NCBI GenBank assembly: GCA_051294375.1
Contig: CM119265.1
Coordinates: 22,329,308-22,393,307, forward strand
Reading direction: 5' to 3'
DNA length: 64,000 bases
Source of the DNA: Paraspadella gotoi
Lineage: Eukaryota > Animalia > Chaetognatha
Shown here: positions 40,301 to 54,289 of the stretch, piece by piece
Layout: each line of letters opens with the position of its first letter
Position numbering within the stretch: position 1 is the stretch's first letter
The notes under the pieces: generated by a model
Told to the model about the DNA's origin: nothing
Databases searched by the model: none
Seen by the model: the letters and a program-made list of their open reading frames with translations, nothing else
Program-made: the position numbers and the translations under genes

Positions 40301-43190
40301 CCTTATCTCTCCTCTCTCACTTTCCGTCTTGTTCTCTCCTCGGCGGGTCTCGGATGGAAGAGTCTCTCAAAACACTCAATCAAGCTCGCGTGTCCCACCG
40401 GTTTTCATAAAGTGGTGACCGCAGAGAGAACTCAGCACGTCTTAGTAACTAAAAAGAATCCTTTTGCTCAGCTAAGAAGAGATCATAATATGTTAAGCTG
40501 ACTTCGAAACCGCGACCGTGAGTAATGAAGGGCAATCGCGAGACTTGGACCGCCCTCTTCGTGGGCGCGTTACTTCGGCCGCATATACGTCCAAGATTCA
40601 GGGGACAGAGGCGTACATGAGCCGTGCGGGCCAAAGCTCTTTCTCTAGATGTCGTCCCCGCCTTCCGTGGCTCGGTTTTCCCTCAAATTCCAATTTTTCT
40701 TCATGCTCTCGGTCGTTCTAAATCCTTTCTTTTGGGTTAAATGTCAGGTTCTTTTTTATGCCGCACAGCACTGGGTGGGCATGACCATGCGGGCGTCATT
40801 TTCCCGAACTTTTCTAACATGCTTTGTGAAGCAGGAGGGTTCTGTTTGTGCTATATGGAGCATGCAGAGAGCAGTATGTTTAAGGATACTACTTCCATTT
40901 GCCTCCTTGCCCTTCGGTTTTCTGTGGTGTAGAAGAACTGGAAACTGCGTTTTAGAGGCAGGCGACGACCGCTTTGCAGAGAGAGATATAGAGACAATAT
41001 AAGAGGACCGTAAAGTCGGTTCTCTGTATCGATTTACGATTCGATTAGAGAATTTCAAACTAAGGAAATTTCTAAATTCGTTGAAATTGCGGGAGTCTTC
41101 ATCGATGCCTCTCTGGGATGTTGCTGATACCAAATAATAAAGATTACTCAGAGTTCTTGAAATAAATAAGATTGTCGAATCCCGCAGGCTTATTGCCCTT
41201 GTCCCTTTCAGTTATCGGAAATGGCGATCCGGGCCACCTCTAGGACCAGGGCTTTGGTGTGATTTAATGCTTCCATCCACTATCTTAACAACTAGATACA
41301 TTGACATGGACGCGGAAGCCAGGTCTCCTGAGCCCATCAAGCTTTTCATCGATTCTCAACAGTCTCGTTCTATTCACGTTTCCCTGAGATGTACCTCCGG
41401 CATGTTTGCCTAACAGGTCAACAGTTATTTTCGAGAAGTGCGCTGAGAAAGATGGTTTTCAGAAGCAAATGTTCAATTCTGCCGCAAGGATTGTTTTCCA
41501 TTGTCGTACATCATCGAGAGGAGTGAGATATACTCTCGTTTGTTTCTTCACTCTATGTTGAGCGAGGTGGCTTCTCCGCACTGGTCTTTGAGGTAAGCTT
41601 AGTTTCGGTAATCAGAGATGCGGCGCGCGTAAATTCGCCCGGGGGGAATACTAGCATGTTCGCGCGAGTCAACCATATTTTAACTCCTTTTTCGGTAGAT
41701 TATGGTCGTATGCAGCTTTTAAGTGTTCCCTATTCATGCCTCTTGTCGCTGTTATCGTTCTGAACCACTAACGGAGGAATTGAATTGACTCTGGGAATCG
41801 ATTTTTGACTCCGAAATCTTCGATTCCGACCAGTGGCCGGACGGGCAAATTTTTTGTTTTGGCGGCGGGTGTGCCCAGCCTCAAACGGGTATAACACGCA
41901 CGCGCCCTCAATATCTTTTTTGGATAACCATATTTCGATTGTACGACCATTAGGTTTGGATGAAAACAATCGGAACGACGAAGATCGGGGCTTTCCGGTT
42001 TGCTGCGTCGTAGTCGAAGGGCAGCCACGTAGTTGGCGGCGGCCTAGAGCTGGCCGCGATAACGTGTCTTGTCTTGTGTTTTCGTCCTGTAAGAACTCGA
42101 GTTGGCCGCGCGTCCTCCCTGTAGCCATGTCAGCGTCCTCGAATCCGCCGATAGTTGATTCGTTTGAAAAGTCGAACGATGCCACGGAGATAAGTTAGGC
42201 GATACGAGTCAGCAACAAGTTTGGGTCCTTAGGAACGCTGGATTACGGACATTGCGTGCTTCCCTAACCCCAAAAGCCTAGCGGAGGCGAACTCTGAAGG
42301 ATATACCAAAGAAGATCAGCTACCAACACCAACTACCAACACCAATAGCGAGGGTCGATTGGGATCCCTGACCAATCAGAAGTGTTTTTCGGCGAGACCG
42401 GCTCGGTTGCCGGACGCCAACGCTGAGAAACGCGAGGCGTGAAACGCGAAGTCGGAAATTCGCTCATTGACGGCGCCTTAGCGTACATTGCGTGTGTGAG
42501 TTCTTCGTTGATCAGGCGGTGCGCTCGTTACAAGGGACAGAGAAGAACAGGCGGAGAGAGTCCTGTCTAGGGTCGAATGAAATTAGAGTTCAACAGCGTC
42601 AGGTAGTAAAGCTCGCTTTTCCGGGGGAATAAAGGCTCCATAGTAAAAAAAAGGGGAACAGAATTCCCAAAAGCAAGATAAGATATAACAATCGAGAGCG
42701 TGAGCGGCGAATGTGGGACATAAGAGAAAGACTTAATGGTCCAAATCAATTTCCCCCTTGTCCCCATCATTACGAGGCGCCGGTCGTCGTCTTATCAATA
42801 CGAAAAATGGGGCGAAGTGCGCCCGAGTGTTGGCTGGACGCCGCGCCATGCATTCACGGCACGAACTGGTGATCGAAAAGGATATTGCGTCCTTAATTCA
42901 ATCGTCGTTTTTCACCGATACGTGTTGTGCAGCGCGCGTTTGCGCGTTGTTGGCGCGACGAAAGGCGACGCCCATTATTGACTTAAATTGAATCCTGAGA
43001 CATGGGCTCAGACTCGATGTAACGTAGCCAACAAGGAGCTGACTGAACGTTTATTTGCGAAAATGACTAAAGAGCGTCACACGTTAAGTGTGAGAGCGTT
43101 CACTCATGAAGAGAGACCATTAGCTGGGGCACGAGGCGAGGAAGACGACGAACCAAGGATGCACGGTAGCACTGAACGATGATGATGATC
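34320..43190 (-). other. Insertion-riddled inverted copy of about 30660-34179 (probable raw long-read gap fill)
   Basis: Colinear reverse-complement anchors: 34350-34420 vs 34070-34150; 34735-34790 vs 33850-33895; 35863-35935 vs 33372-33448; 36470-36500 vs 33330-33360; 40420-40460 vs 31808-31845; 40585-40648 vs 31675-31730; 42610-42660 vs 30905-30952; 42960-42990 vs 30758-30790. Centred on a 25-N gap (34180-34204). Confidence 0.88.
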
Positions 43191-44102
43191 AGATGGTTTT
43201 TGGATTTATCATAACAAGAATGATTGTTACATTGGATAAGTTGTATTTTAATTGATGGATTGAGATAAGATTAAATTTAATGTCGAGAGTGAGATGATTT
43301 ATGATATAATGATTCGAGAATGAGGATTTAGATTATCTTTTTGTCTCGTTTTCCATCTTTGGAACATTTGTTAATCGTCGTCATCGTCGTCGTCATCTTC
43401 GTCGTTATCCTCGTCGTCGCCGTCGTCGCCATTTTGAATCCCGGATTAAGAAAATTCGGGTCAGGGTCTCGGGAAAGGTTTCTCGATGACGACGGCAACG
43501 ACGACGATAAAAACGACGACGGCGAGAATTATGTAGACGACGATATTAATGACGATTAGGATGACAGTGACAGTGAGCCACGACAAAGAAGACGACGACT
43601 GTCATACATGACACCGGTTACGATAATAACCGGATGTCGTATTCTGACAATTAAATCGACTTAGTACTTCAAATGTATGAATGTTACGATTATTAACTGG
43701 CCACAAAACGTTGAGTTTTATTATCGTATATTGACGAATCAAGAATTTAAAGAATTTGTGATATAGTTTAATAATATTCTTCATGCGATAACTTTAGTCA
43801 AACCGTTTTTTTTTTACGATACTCGTTAAGTGCATAAGTATCAGCGCCGGTCGCTCTGGTCAAACGAAGGACGAGCTTCGCGCAGGACGAGATAATATTG
43901 CGAAAACGATTAGTCTTCTCTCTCAGGACGACGTTTAACCGTTGGTTCTACTAGGGGAGAGAAGACGAGAGATGAGAGAGAGAGAGAGAGAGAGAGACAA
44001 AGAGGACCGTACTTCGTCGAACCTAATGGGGAAAAAAACACGATTATTGAGAGTGATGAAGAGACAACATATACACACACACAACAGAGAAGAAAGAAAG
44101 AA

Positions 44103-44141
<39 letters not shown>

Positions 44142-44877
44142 CAAACTCGAAGAGAGCTCTCTGGTTCATGCAGATGAGCTGGAAAGCGAATCGTCTCCAA
44201 ACGAGAAACGACGTGGGGTTATTTTGTTTTGTTTATAGTTTATTGTTTACTTTTTACTGTTATTGCTTATTGTTTACAGTTTACTGTTTCCTTTTTTGGA
44301 GCTCAACCTCCGTCGTTTTTCTCACGATGGCGACAGACTTGGGCGTTGGTGTGGACTCCACACTGTGGTGGTGAAATCAGCGCTTTATTTAGAAAACTGT
44401 ACACAGTGTCCACACTGTTCACACTCCACAGTGACAGAGCCGGTTATGTTTGTCTCGTTCGCTCTCAACAGCGGCGTCGGTGTCAACGTCTGTGTCGGCG
44501 TCTTTGTCGGTCTCAATATCCTGATCGCGTCTATGTCGGTCTCCGCCTCTGCTTCCGCAAGTTGTCGGTCTCAACCTCAGTGTCTGAGTCTTTGTCGGTC
44601 TCAATACCGGCGTCGTGGTCCGTAGCGCCATCTTCGGTTATCGAATTCTGTTATGCGATTCCGTGGATGGTTTTTATCGTCGACGCTCAAGAGATGGCGT
44701 CCGAAAATTTCTTTCATTATTCTTTGTCGTCGTCGTCGTCGTCGTCGTCGTAGTATTTGTCGTCTTAGTCGTCGTCGTCGTCGTCGCCCCCGCTGGAAAA
44801 TGGCGCTCGCCGCTAAGGTTCGTCTGGAAATGTCCCATCAGTTTGTCATGATATCGTTATTGTTTTTTATTATGGCC

Positions 44878-44998
<121 letters not shown>

Positions 44999-45364
44999 TA
45001 AACCTCCATTAATTGTCCGTGATTTGAGTCGACATCAGGTTTTATTCCCTTTTTCAATTAGTTTCTGTACCGTCGCCTGGAAACGAGATTTAATCCAACA
45101 AATTCGGGGGAATATATTAAAAATTATAAATGTCCTATTGTTAATATCTAATTTATCGTCATTACTGATTAGTTTACAACGTATGGATACCGTTTTATAA
45201 TTATAAATTATCTTTTACTTTTTATTGGTTATTAAACAAATTCTTTCCCATTTTCTTCATTTCTATTCCTTATGACCTATCACATCCTCTAATCACTCAC
45301 ATCTCACACATCCCATCACTCACTGATTCACTATTACGCCTCCACATCCACCACATTTCACTAA

Positions 45365-45709
<345 letters not shown>

Positions 45710-46234
45710 TAATTAAAGTATATTCTTTGCACTGAAAACGTCTAGCCACCCTTTGGAAGAAAGTAAAGAGAACTTATGGTTATTGTTATATTTTTTTGTT
45801 TTTCCGGTGTTGTCTCAACGAACCAAAACAATCGTTTTGATATAATTAACCTTCGAACCACCAGATGGCCGCATCTTCTCTTATTCTCCTCTCGCCTCTC
45901 TCCCTCATACTCTTCCTACCTTCTCCCCCCTCTTCCCTCTATCCCCTCGACCATCTTCCCCAAACCCCCCCCATCCCCTCTCCCCACCCATGTTACCCTC
46001 AACTGGTTTTTGATTCTGTTTGGAATTCTGTTGGACGAAGACAAAATCTGTTTCGTCGTCAAATATCGAGAAATTCGCGATGAAGAAAAGAAAGATTGAG
46101 GCGGAGTGGAAGGGGGGGGCGTTTGTTGTTGTTGTTGGTGGGTGATAGTTGAGAGAATTCCCTTTGAGGGAAAAAAGTGTGAGGAACAAAGGGGAAAAAG
46201 TGAAAAAAAAGAACGAAAATTAGGTAAATAAATC

Positions 46235-46430
46235 AAGGGGTCCTTTTATACAATTTAAACACATCTTAAAAACATTATACAGCTTCATTGATAGGTAAGC
46301 TAATAAACTGTTATTATTATGTAAGAGGGATGGAGGCCTTTACCAAGCATAAAAGTCAGGAGGCAAGATAGTTTATTAATCGAATTTAAACGGATACTAA
46401 TTGTATATTGGTGATACCAATTTCATGGAA
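46235..46430 (+). repeat. Dispersed repeat family B, copy 3
   Basis: aaggggtccttttatacaatttaaacacat..cttcattgatagg..gatggaggcctt..aaagtcaggaggcaagatag..attggtgataccaatttcat. Confidence 0.8.
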
Positions 46431-46833
46431 ATAATTCTTAACCATCTTGTTTGAAATTGTTATGTAAAGAAGAGTTTGTCAATTGGTCGAAGTCGGACGG
46501 AGTGAGGGTGAGTGATACGATCTCACATGGCGGGGGGGGGTGTTTTGGGGGAGCGGGTGAGTTCGCGAGAAGAAGCAAAAAGGGTAAGGGGCGCTTAATA
46601 TAGGATTACGATGGATTATCGATAAAAGTCACGTGGAAGGAAGAGACGCTATGTGGCGGTGAGAAAGAAGAGAGATGGAGTGAGATGGGAGAGAAAAATG
46701 GTCAAAGCTGGGAGAGAGATGGGAGAATGTTTTGCTTTAGATGGGAATGAGATGGGAATGAGTTGAGAGAAAGATGTAAATGGGAGACAGAGTTGAGAAA
46801 GATGGAGTAAAATTTGAGGGACAACATGGGAGA

Positions 46834-47016
46834 GAGATGGCAGAGAAAGTTGATTGAGGAATGGCACAAAGACGGCAGTGAAAGTCGATGTAGGAATGGC
46901 AGCGAGATGGCAGAGAAAGCTGGTTGAGGAATGGCAGAGAGACGGCAGAGAAAAAAGATTGAGGAATGGCAAAGAGACGGCAGAGAAAGTACATCGAGCA
47001 ATGGCAGAGAGATGGC
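46834..47016. repeat. 35-bp minisatellite, 5 copies
   Basis: Unit approx. gagaYggcagagaaagNNgattgaggaatggcaNa at an exact 35-bp period from 46834. Confidence 0.9.
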
Positions 47017-47316
47017 AAAAAAAATAAGAGATATTCGATGCGTCATTTCGACGGCGATGGAATCTTTTGGAATCCGAAAGAGAAAAAATGTGAATCTCGA
47101 AGAAGAGTGAAGGAACGTGACTTTTGTGAATCGTGAGACTTTGGGAAGGGAAATGGAGGAGACGAAGGAAAACACGGACGACGACGACGACGACGACGAC
47201 GACGACAATGACGACGACGACGACGACCACGAGTATAAAGGAAAAGAATGAAAATTCTTCTGTTGGAGAATTTTATCTCCGTCTTTAGCGACACATCCGC
47301 CGACTCTGTCTTCATA

Positions 47317-47358
<42 letters not shown>

Positions 47359-47367
47359 GCCGCCGCC
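47317..47367. repeat. (GCC)n microsatellite, with (GAC)n nearby at 47177-47226
   Basis: Read directly. Confidence 0.9.
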
Positions 47368-48329
47368 TCCTTCCTGATGGCATTTCCGAGAAAACTCGAT
47401 TTGGAGTGAATCAGACTTAGGCGTTCTTAGGCGTTCGAAGGAAAACGATTAAGAACGATGATAAAAATAATAAAACAATAATTAACTATTATTCAGAGAG
47501 GCGGAAAAAATTTGAAACACTCGCCCGTTCTTCCCTCCGTTCTCCCTTTAATTCTCCTGCCAGTTTTTCCATTAGTTCTCCCATCGGATCTCCCATCGGT
47601 TCTCTCGTCATTTCTCTCTCCCGTTATTTCATTCGTTCTCCCATCCATTCCCCGATCCGCATGTCCGTCTGGCTCGTACTAGTTAACAGCGTTCTCAGAA
47701 TTGCGGGAAAGGTTGGAGAAAATACATCGATTCGTTGATAAATAAATTAGTTAATGTGCAATGCGCTGTGTGCAATGCAATGCAGCGTGAATCCTCGTTT
47801 GGCTTTTCACTCGAAAGCAAAAGATACACATCCAGTAATGCGTCCCTGCGTCCTTGTCGCCCGATTAGCGCTAAAAAAATAAAATGGCGGCTGAAAAAAC
47901 GCCAACGACAAAGAAAATAAAGACGACGACGACAAAGTCAACAGAGACGACGAGAACAAAGTCAACACGTCCAAAGACAAAGTCTACGATAATCACGACG
48001 ATCAGGGCGACGACGACGACAACAAAAACATTCAGAACAAAAAAAAAATAAAACGAAAGAAAAGGAGAACGCTGAGAAGGAGAATAAGAGAACGCTGAGA
48101 AGGAGAACAACGAGAAGAAGTACTAGGAAAACTACCCAGGAGAACGAGAAGAATGACGAGAACCACGAAGAGAAATCCTCAAAAATACTGTTGTTAATAG
48201 CAACGGAACAACAATGAAATCACGGACGTCGGACCAAAATCCAATTGGCTCAAGCTGAAAAAGAAATTGACGAACTGGCAGCCAACAGAAAGAGTTGGAA
48301 AGAGAAGATAGAGAGAGAAGAGAGAAGAG

Positions 48330-48417
<88 letters not shown>

Positions 48418-48691
48418 TAGAGAGGAGAGAGAACGCTGACGCGGTCGATATTCACGAGTGAGTTTGGACGCTTCCCGTCTTCACTTCCTCTTTGTTTACG
48501 TCTCAAAGTTTTCGTTTTCTTGTCCTCGTTATTTCTAGCATTTTGTTGTTGTTGTTAGTTGTTGTTTTTGTTGTAGTTGTTGTAGTTGTTGTTTTTGTTG
48601 TAGTTGTTCTGAAATTCGTATCTTTACTTTTAACCTTTTTTATCTTTCGGCAACGACGAAGGGCAACGCGCATCTTTTAAGTTCAAAATTA

Positions 48692-48743
<52 letters not shown>

Positions 48744-49740
48744 CGTTCACTTTTCACATAGAGGCCTCGCTCGCTAAACGAGGGGGGGCCCTCCTGAATG
48801 GTATTGGGGGGAGGGACCTCGCTAAAATGATGGAGGGGCCTTGAAATGGTGTCAGAGGGTCAAAACCCCAATTTCAACTCGATATGGAATATGAAAAGAA
48901 AAAGTCTATTTTTTGTATTTTTCATTTATTTTCGTAGATGTTTTTTTTCTCTCGTCCTTTTGGCCTCAGCGATCGAGAGTAATGAGAATTTGACAACTCG
49001 TGCGTCGAGAAAAAATAGGAAATTAATTTTATTAAAATTTCTTTTGACGTCAGAGTTTGAAAATTGAAATTGTATTTATGATATGATGAAAAGCTGTAAA
49101 ATGTGTAATTTGTGGACATTATTTTATAGTTTCTACGACGTCATTGCGTATAGTTTAATGATAAAGGTAGTTATTGTCGATAAAACTTAGAGCATATTGC
49201 AAAGATAGATTTTTATTTTTATTTAAAATATTTTAATGATTTAACTCTTGAAAATAAGAATTAAATTTTAATTTAAAATTTAATTATGTTAATATATTCT
49301 ATTAGAATCCTAAGATTTGCTTTAACGAAAAAATTCTTCATTTCTTTTATCGTAATTAAACTTGAAATATACTACAAAAGCATTTAAAAGAACTAATTTG
49401 TATCTTCCCAACCACTTCATCAGGCAAGGGGAAAAAAGTAAGTAAAACTGAAAGAAAGAATCCTTTCTTTTTCCCTTTAATTACGTCGAAAGGAAAAGCT
49501 TCCTCTTCTCACGAAAATGGTTTTGCGCCAAATTGCCCGGTCATTTTTTTCCCTGCTCTTCACAACTCTACGATGTACTTATTTTTGGTCGGTCGTATTT
49601 GTTGGTCGGTCGTTTTTCAGGCGGGAAAAACTTCATTTGAAGACTTTTGTCTTCTTCATTTAAGGTTTAAGTCTATTGAGTCTTTTAATTTCTCGTTTTA
49701 ACTGGGACTCTGAAGTCGTGGTAGAACGGCTGAGAGGGGT

Positions 49741-49788
<48 letters not shown>

Positions 49789-49888
49789 CTCTCTCTCTCC
49801 TCTCTCTCTCTTCTCTCTCTCTCTTCTCTCTCTCTCTCTTCTCCTCTCTCTCCACTTTCGTCCTCTCTCTCTCTCTCTCTCTCTCTCT

Positions 49889-49936
<48 letters not shown>

Positions 49937-51063
49937 GTAATGACTCTAGAAAAAGAGTCGGTTGTCAAAAGAGTTTCAACGGAAAAAGAGGTCGCCATTG
50001 CTAATGATTGGACATCCACGTTACACCCTTTGGTTGGCATCAATCAGGATCTTCGCTGCTGCGACTGCTGCGGTTCCCGCTTTCCAATCATCCTTGGCTC
50101 AGTTTCCATCCGGGGCCTGCAGCGGAGTGCCTGCGAGTGACGGACGACGGTGAGACGTCAGTCCTGGCGTCATCTCTCGGCATATTTCGACCTCTCACTG
50201 CGCGTTTCTCGTCGATGATGAAAGAATATCGTTGACAGGTGCGAAGATACGATGCCAGACGCCTCAAGATACGAATAACAGATGCACGCCTTGAGCAAGA
50301 AACGGTCAGGAACTCGACTCCTTATTTTGCGCTCAAAGTAGAAAAAAAGAAACTTTTCTCTTCTTTTTTCTCTCGTTCCAAAGTCGCCGGGCGGCGCGGC
50401 GGCGGCGGTGCGGCGGCGGCGGCGGTCTCGGCGATGTTCCAGTCGTCTGTAGTTTTTCTAACCTCGTCAGAATATGAGCGCGACCCCGCCCTCGTAGTTT
50501 TAGACGGCGACGACGATGTAGACGTTAAACGACGATAACGACGATCGAGAGAAAATATAAAGAACGAGGTAAGTTTAAACGACAAACGACGACGAAGCTT
50601 TAACTCGTTTTTAGACCCACGGGAACTTACTTTTTTTTTACTTGCGGTGAGTTGTTGCGTGATGGAAATAGCACTAGGAGAAAAGTAAAGTGGCTACGGC
50701 TTACATTGTTATGCGCTATAGAAGATTGAAAATGATTTAAAGACGACAAGGCCACGGACGAGAATAACTTTCACCAAAATAAATGAATAATGGATCTGAT
50801 TTACGTTTTGTATAGATTATTTTTAAAATATACAGTAGCTTCGCGAAAAATCAAGTATTAAAATAAAGTATTTTGACAAACCCCTATCACTCTAATATAA
50901 AAAGGTAACAAAGGAGAAGAAATAAATTATTCCAGAGTCATATGTCGCATTAATCCTTGCTTATAAAGGATGTAATTAATTAATTGATGACGTAAATAGT
51001 GACGATGATAACAACGACGACGACCACGGCGTTAAACGACGTTATTTGCCGAAGTCTAAATCT

Positions 51064-51106
<43 letters not shown>

Positions 51107-54100
51107 AGCAAAAACTGGAAATTATGAAGATGACGCTGACGGCGTCGGCGGGCGGCGGGCGGCGGGCGGCGGGCGGCGGGCGGCGGGCGGCGGGCGCCGT
51201 CGACGGGCGCCGGCTGTCAATAAGTGACGTTCATGTTGCCGTGCGAACTCAGCTGCAGAAGTACTCATCTTCATCCGGCATCTTTAGATGGAGACAGATG
51301 TGAACTGAGGGAGGCCACAACATTATTGGACTTTCCTTCTTATGGGTACATAGCACAACTCGAGGACATCCATTTCTCTTATCAGGCGACGATGTGGTGG
51401 CTTATATGTCCACCACTGTTATGAAAGTGAGTAGAGTAAGAGTAGAGAGAAAGAGATTGAGGAAATGATTAAGTAGGGCAAGCCGGAAAGTGAAAAGACC
51501 GAATGTGAAGTCAAGAGTATATCGCCAGACCCGAGAGGGGAGTGAATGTGAGGACCCACGTTGGAGGGTCATGTTGAAGGCCAGAGACGAGAAGACTCGT
51601 GAGATCAGACTTATTTAGGCCGTACGAAGCCAAATGAAGGAGAATTGATGTAGGCCAAAAAGCGATGAAGAGATGGAGAGATTCTTAAATCACGATGACG
51701 GAGCTGCCCCGAGAACAGTTATATTGTCCGTTCACTGTTTTAGAGAAAGTGACGGAACATCGGAAGTATGTGGAGGTGTAGAGAGCGAGACGGACGGAAG
51801 AGACGGTCAAAGAGAGAGACGAGAGGAGCCAGACAAGAGAGAGGATAGGAGCGTAGAGTATGAGAGAGAGAAGGACGGGGAAGAATACAGAGGTTAGTGC
51901 GGGAAATGGAGTTGGAAACTGGGAAGAGAGAGGTATATGCTCGAATCGTGACGGACTTAGGCATATACAGTATGTTTAAGTATGACATGTAATGTTTATT
52001 CGAGTGTGGCCAAGACGTCCACGGAGTGCTCTTGAAGAGGACGATCAAGACTATCGATCCGTGGAAGTGGATCAGGGCAAAAAGTTGGTCGAGATGGTTT
52101 GGGGATAGGGTGGGATGAAAATGTCAGACAAAGATTCAAAAGAGCGGGGAAAGTCTGTCTCCAAAAGGCGCGGACGCAAATATCAAAGGACGCGGAGGTG
52201 GGTGGAGTGTGCCGCAAATGACAGACTCGCGAGGTCTCACTAAATCCTCTAAAATTCGTGAAAAAAGTTTCCTGAGTCTCGGATGCACGCCGATGATTCC
52301 ACGCCACGGTTTCAGTTTCAAAAAGGTGGAAGAAGGTTTTTTGGGATGATTTTGGATGATCGAGAGGAGCACCGCCTGAAATGTACGGTTTATAAAAACA
52401 ATAACACTCATTTATGAGTGACTGCCAGGACGGAGAGGAGGAACTTAAAGAACACGATTGAGGAGGAGGTGTGCATGCTTAGATGAGGATTAACAGCTGT
52501 ATAACCAGGTTCCGAGTTTCGACTCAGCTCTCGGGCGCGGAAAACTAGTGGGTGGAGAAGACAAAAGCATTACATCTCCTGAAACTAATGGTGCCTCCCT
52601 CTCTAAGACTCTAATGTATTTCAACCAAAACGACACGATCAGTTTTGTCCAGATTTTCGACAATCGTCGTCAGCGCCATATTCCTTGCGGAAGCGTCCGT
52701 CAGCGTCCACCGAAGGCCCGAACCGATGATCCCGATGAAGAGTGCGCCTGCATCGGTATCTCTCAGTGGCAATGATTCTTCGAAACCGATTCGTTGAAAA
52801 AGGATGTGATGGGGACAATAAGACGTTGAAATTACCGGCTATCGTGAACCTTATGATTTTAGCAGCATCAGTTAAAAGACAGGAACACGGTTTCAAGTAA
52901 GTGAGATACTATTAGTATCATATATTTTTGTTGGTGGATTGTTAATCATTTAGTAACTTTTATCGACTTTTTCTTCTTTTTTCTATTGCAAGACCGACTT
53001 TTCCCTACGACCTATTGTTGTCGGCGCAATTCCTCAGTGTTCGCCGCTTCATATAACTGAAAACGTGTGCCGGCAACTCTTCAAGTTTCCACAGCCTCTT
53101 GCCGATACGTCGAAGCTTATGTCGCCGTCGCATGCGTATCCTAAGCCGTCGAATTTGAAGAACTCTCGACAACTCGCCCCTTTCGGAGGGGTACAAACAC
53201 AGCAGGCGGCGGAAATAAGCCACGATGCCAACGAGAGAAAAAAGTTGGAAGAGATTCTAAAATTGATAATTCGAGAATATAATATAAAGAACTTCTTCGA
53301 GTGACAATGGACACATATTCAAAATTTTATCGATACAGCTGCGGACAAAGCGTTTCTTTCTCTATTTCAGGAGTCAAACACTACAGAGATGTTATCTGTT
53401 CGGAACAGCGAAATAGACGCTCGCAGATATTATCTGCTTCGCAATTTAAATTTCGGATCGGGCCAACATACGACGGGTGTAGGGCCTAAACTTCCGAGCT
53501 TTTACTAACGGAGATTTAGCTGCTTCGAAGTTCATTATGTGTACAAATGAGATTTCCGTTGCATTTCAACGAAACACAATCAATTGCTGTACGGAGTAAC
53601 AGTGAAGACGCTGATAATATCTGACGCAGTGAGCAGAGGTTGATTCAAGTATCTTCGAAGCAGTAGTCATCGGAGCAAATTTTCACCTGCTTCGTCGGCT
53701 GCGGTCAATGCCTAAGTTATCGTCCAGATTCGACGGAGCACGGATTCAATGACATCTTCTTTACGTCTTTCCTCCTACTTTTGAAAGACGGCGTCACTTC
53801 TGAATGAGGTAGCCGGGGACGACGGCTTGACCCCGTGTCCGAGTCTCGTAGACTTTAATTCTGGCATTTTACTGAGCAGATCAGATCCCCTTGTCCGAGC
53901 CCGGTTACACTCGAGCGGTTCACGTGAGACGATTTGGCTCGCGAGCCGGACTACCCGGTAGACCGGTCGTGGAACGGTAAAAAGTGTACGGCCGAGTTAG
54001 CGTACTTGTGCCACAGTCTCAGACTTTGGAGCGAGCATTTTCGATGCCACCTCGGAGTCCTCTCGAGTAATCCCGATAGCCGTAGTGTCCTTCATTGTCA

Positions 54101-54289
54101 GAAGATAGGTCGTGACGCTCCCAGACGAGAGAAGGAGAGCCAATAACCTCAGTTTATCATCACAACGCTTTAAACACGCAGGAGGAGAGAGCAAGGACGA
54201 AGATCGTAGTACCCGTCACATCTAAGTGCTGTAAGTCGAATTCGCCGCGTCGATCCATTCGTGGCAACACGACGGATTCGCACACTAAT

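Noticed and set aside
34477-43182. Dense cluster of 60-180 aa ORFs suggesting an endogenous virus or horizontally acquired island
   Set aside because: No recognisable domains, and the DNA aligns as an error-rich reverse complement of adjacent intron sequence.
46834-47016. 35-bp periodic array as a possible CRISPR array
   Set aside because: Units are contiguous tandem copies without unique spacers; no cas genes; eukaryotic intron.
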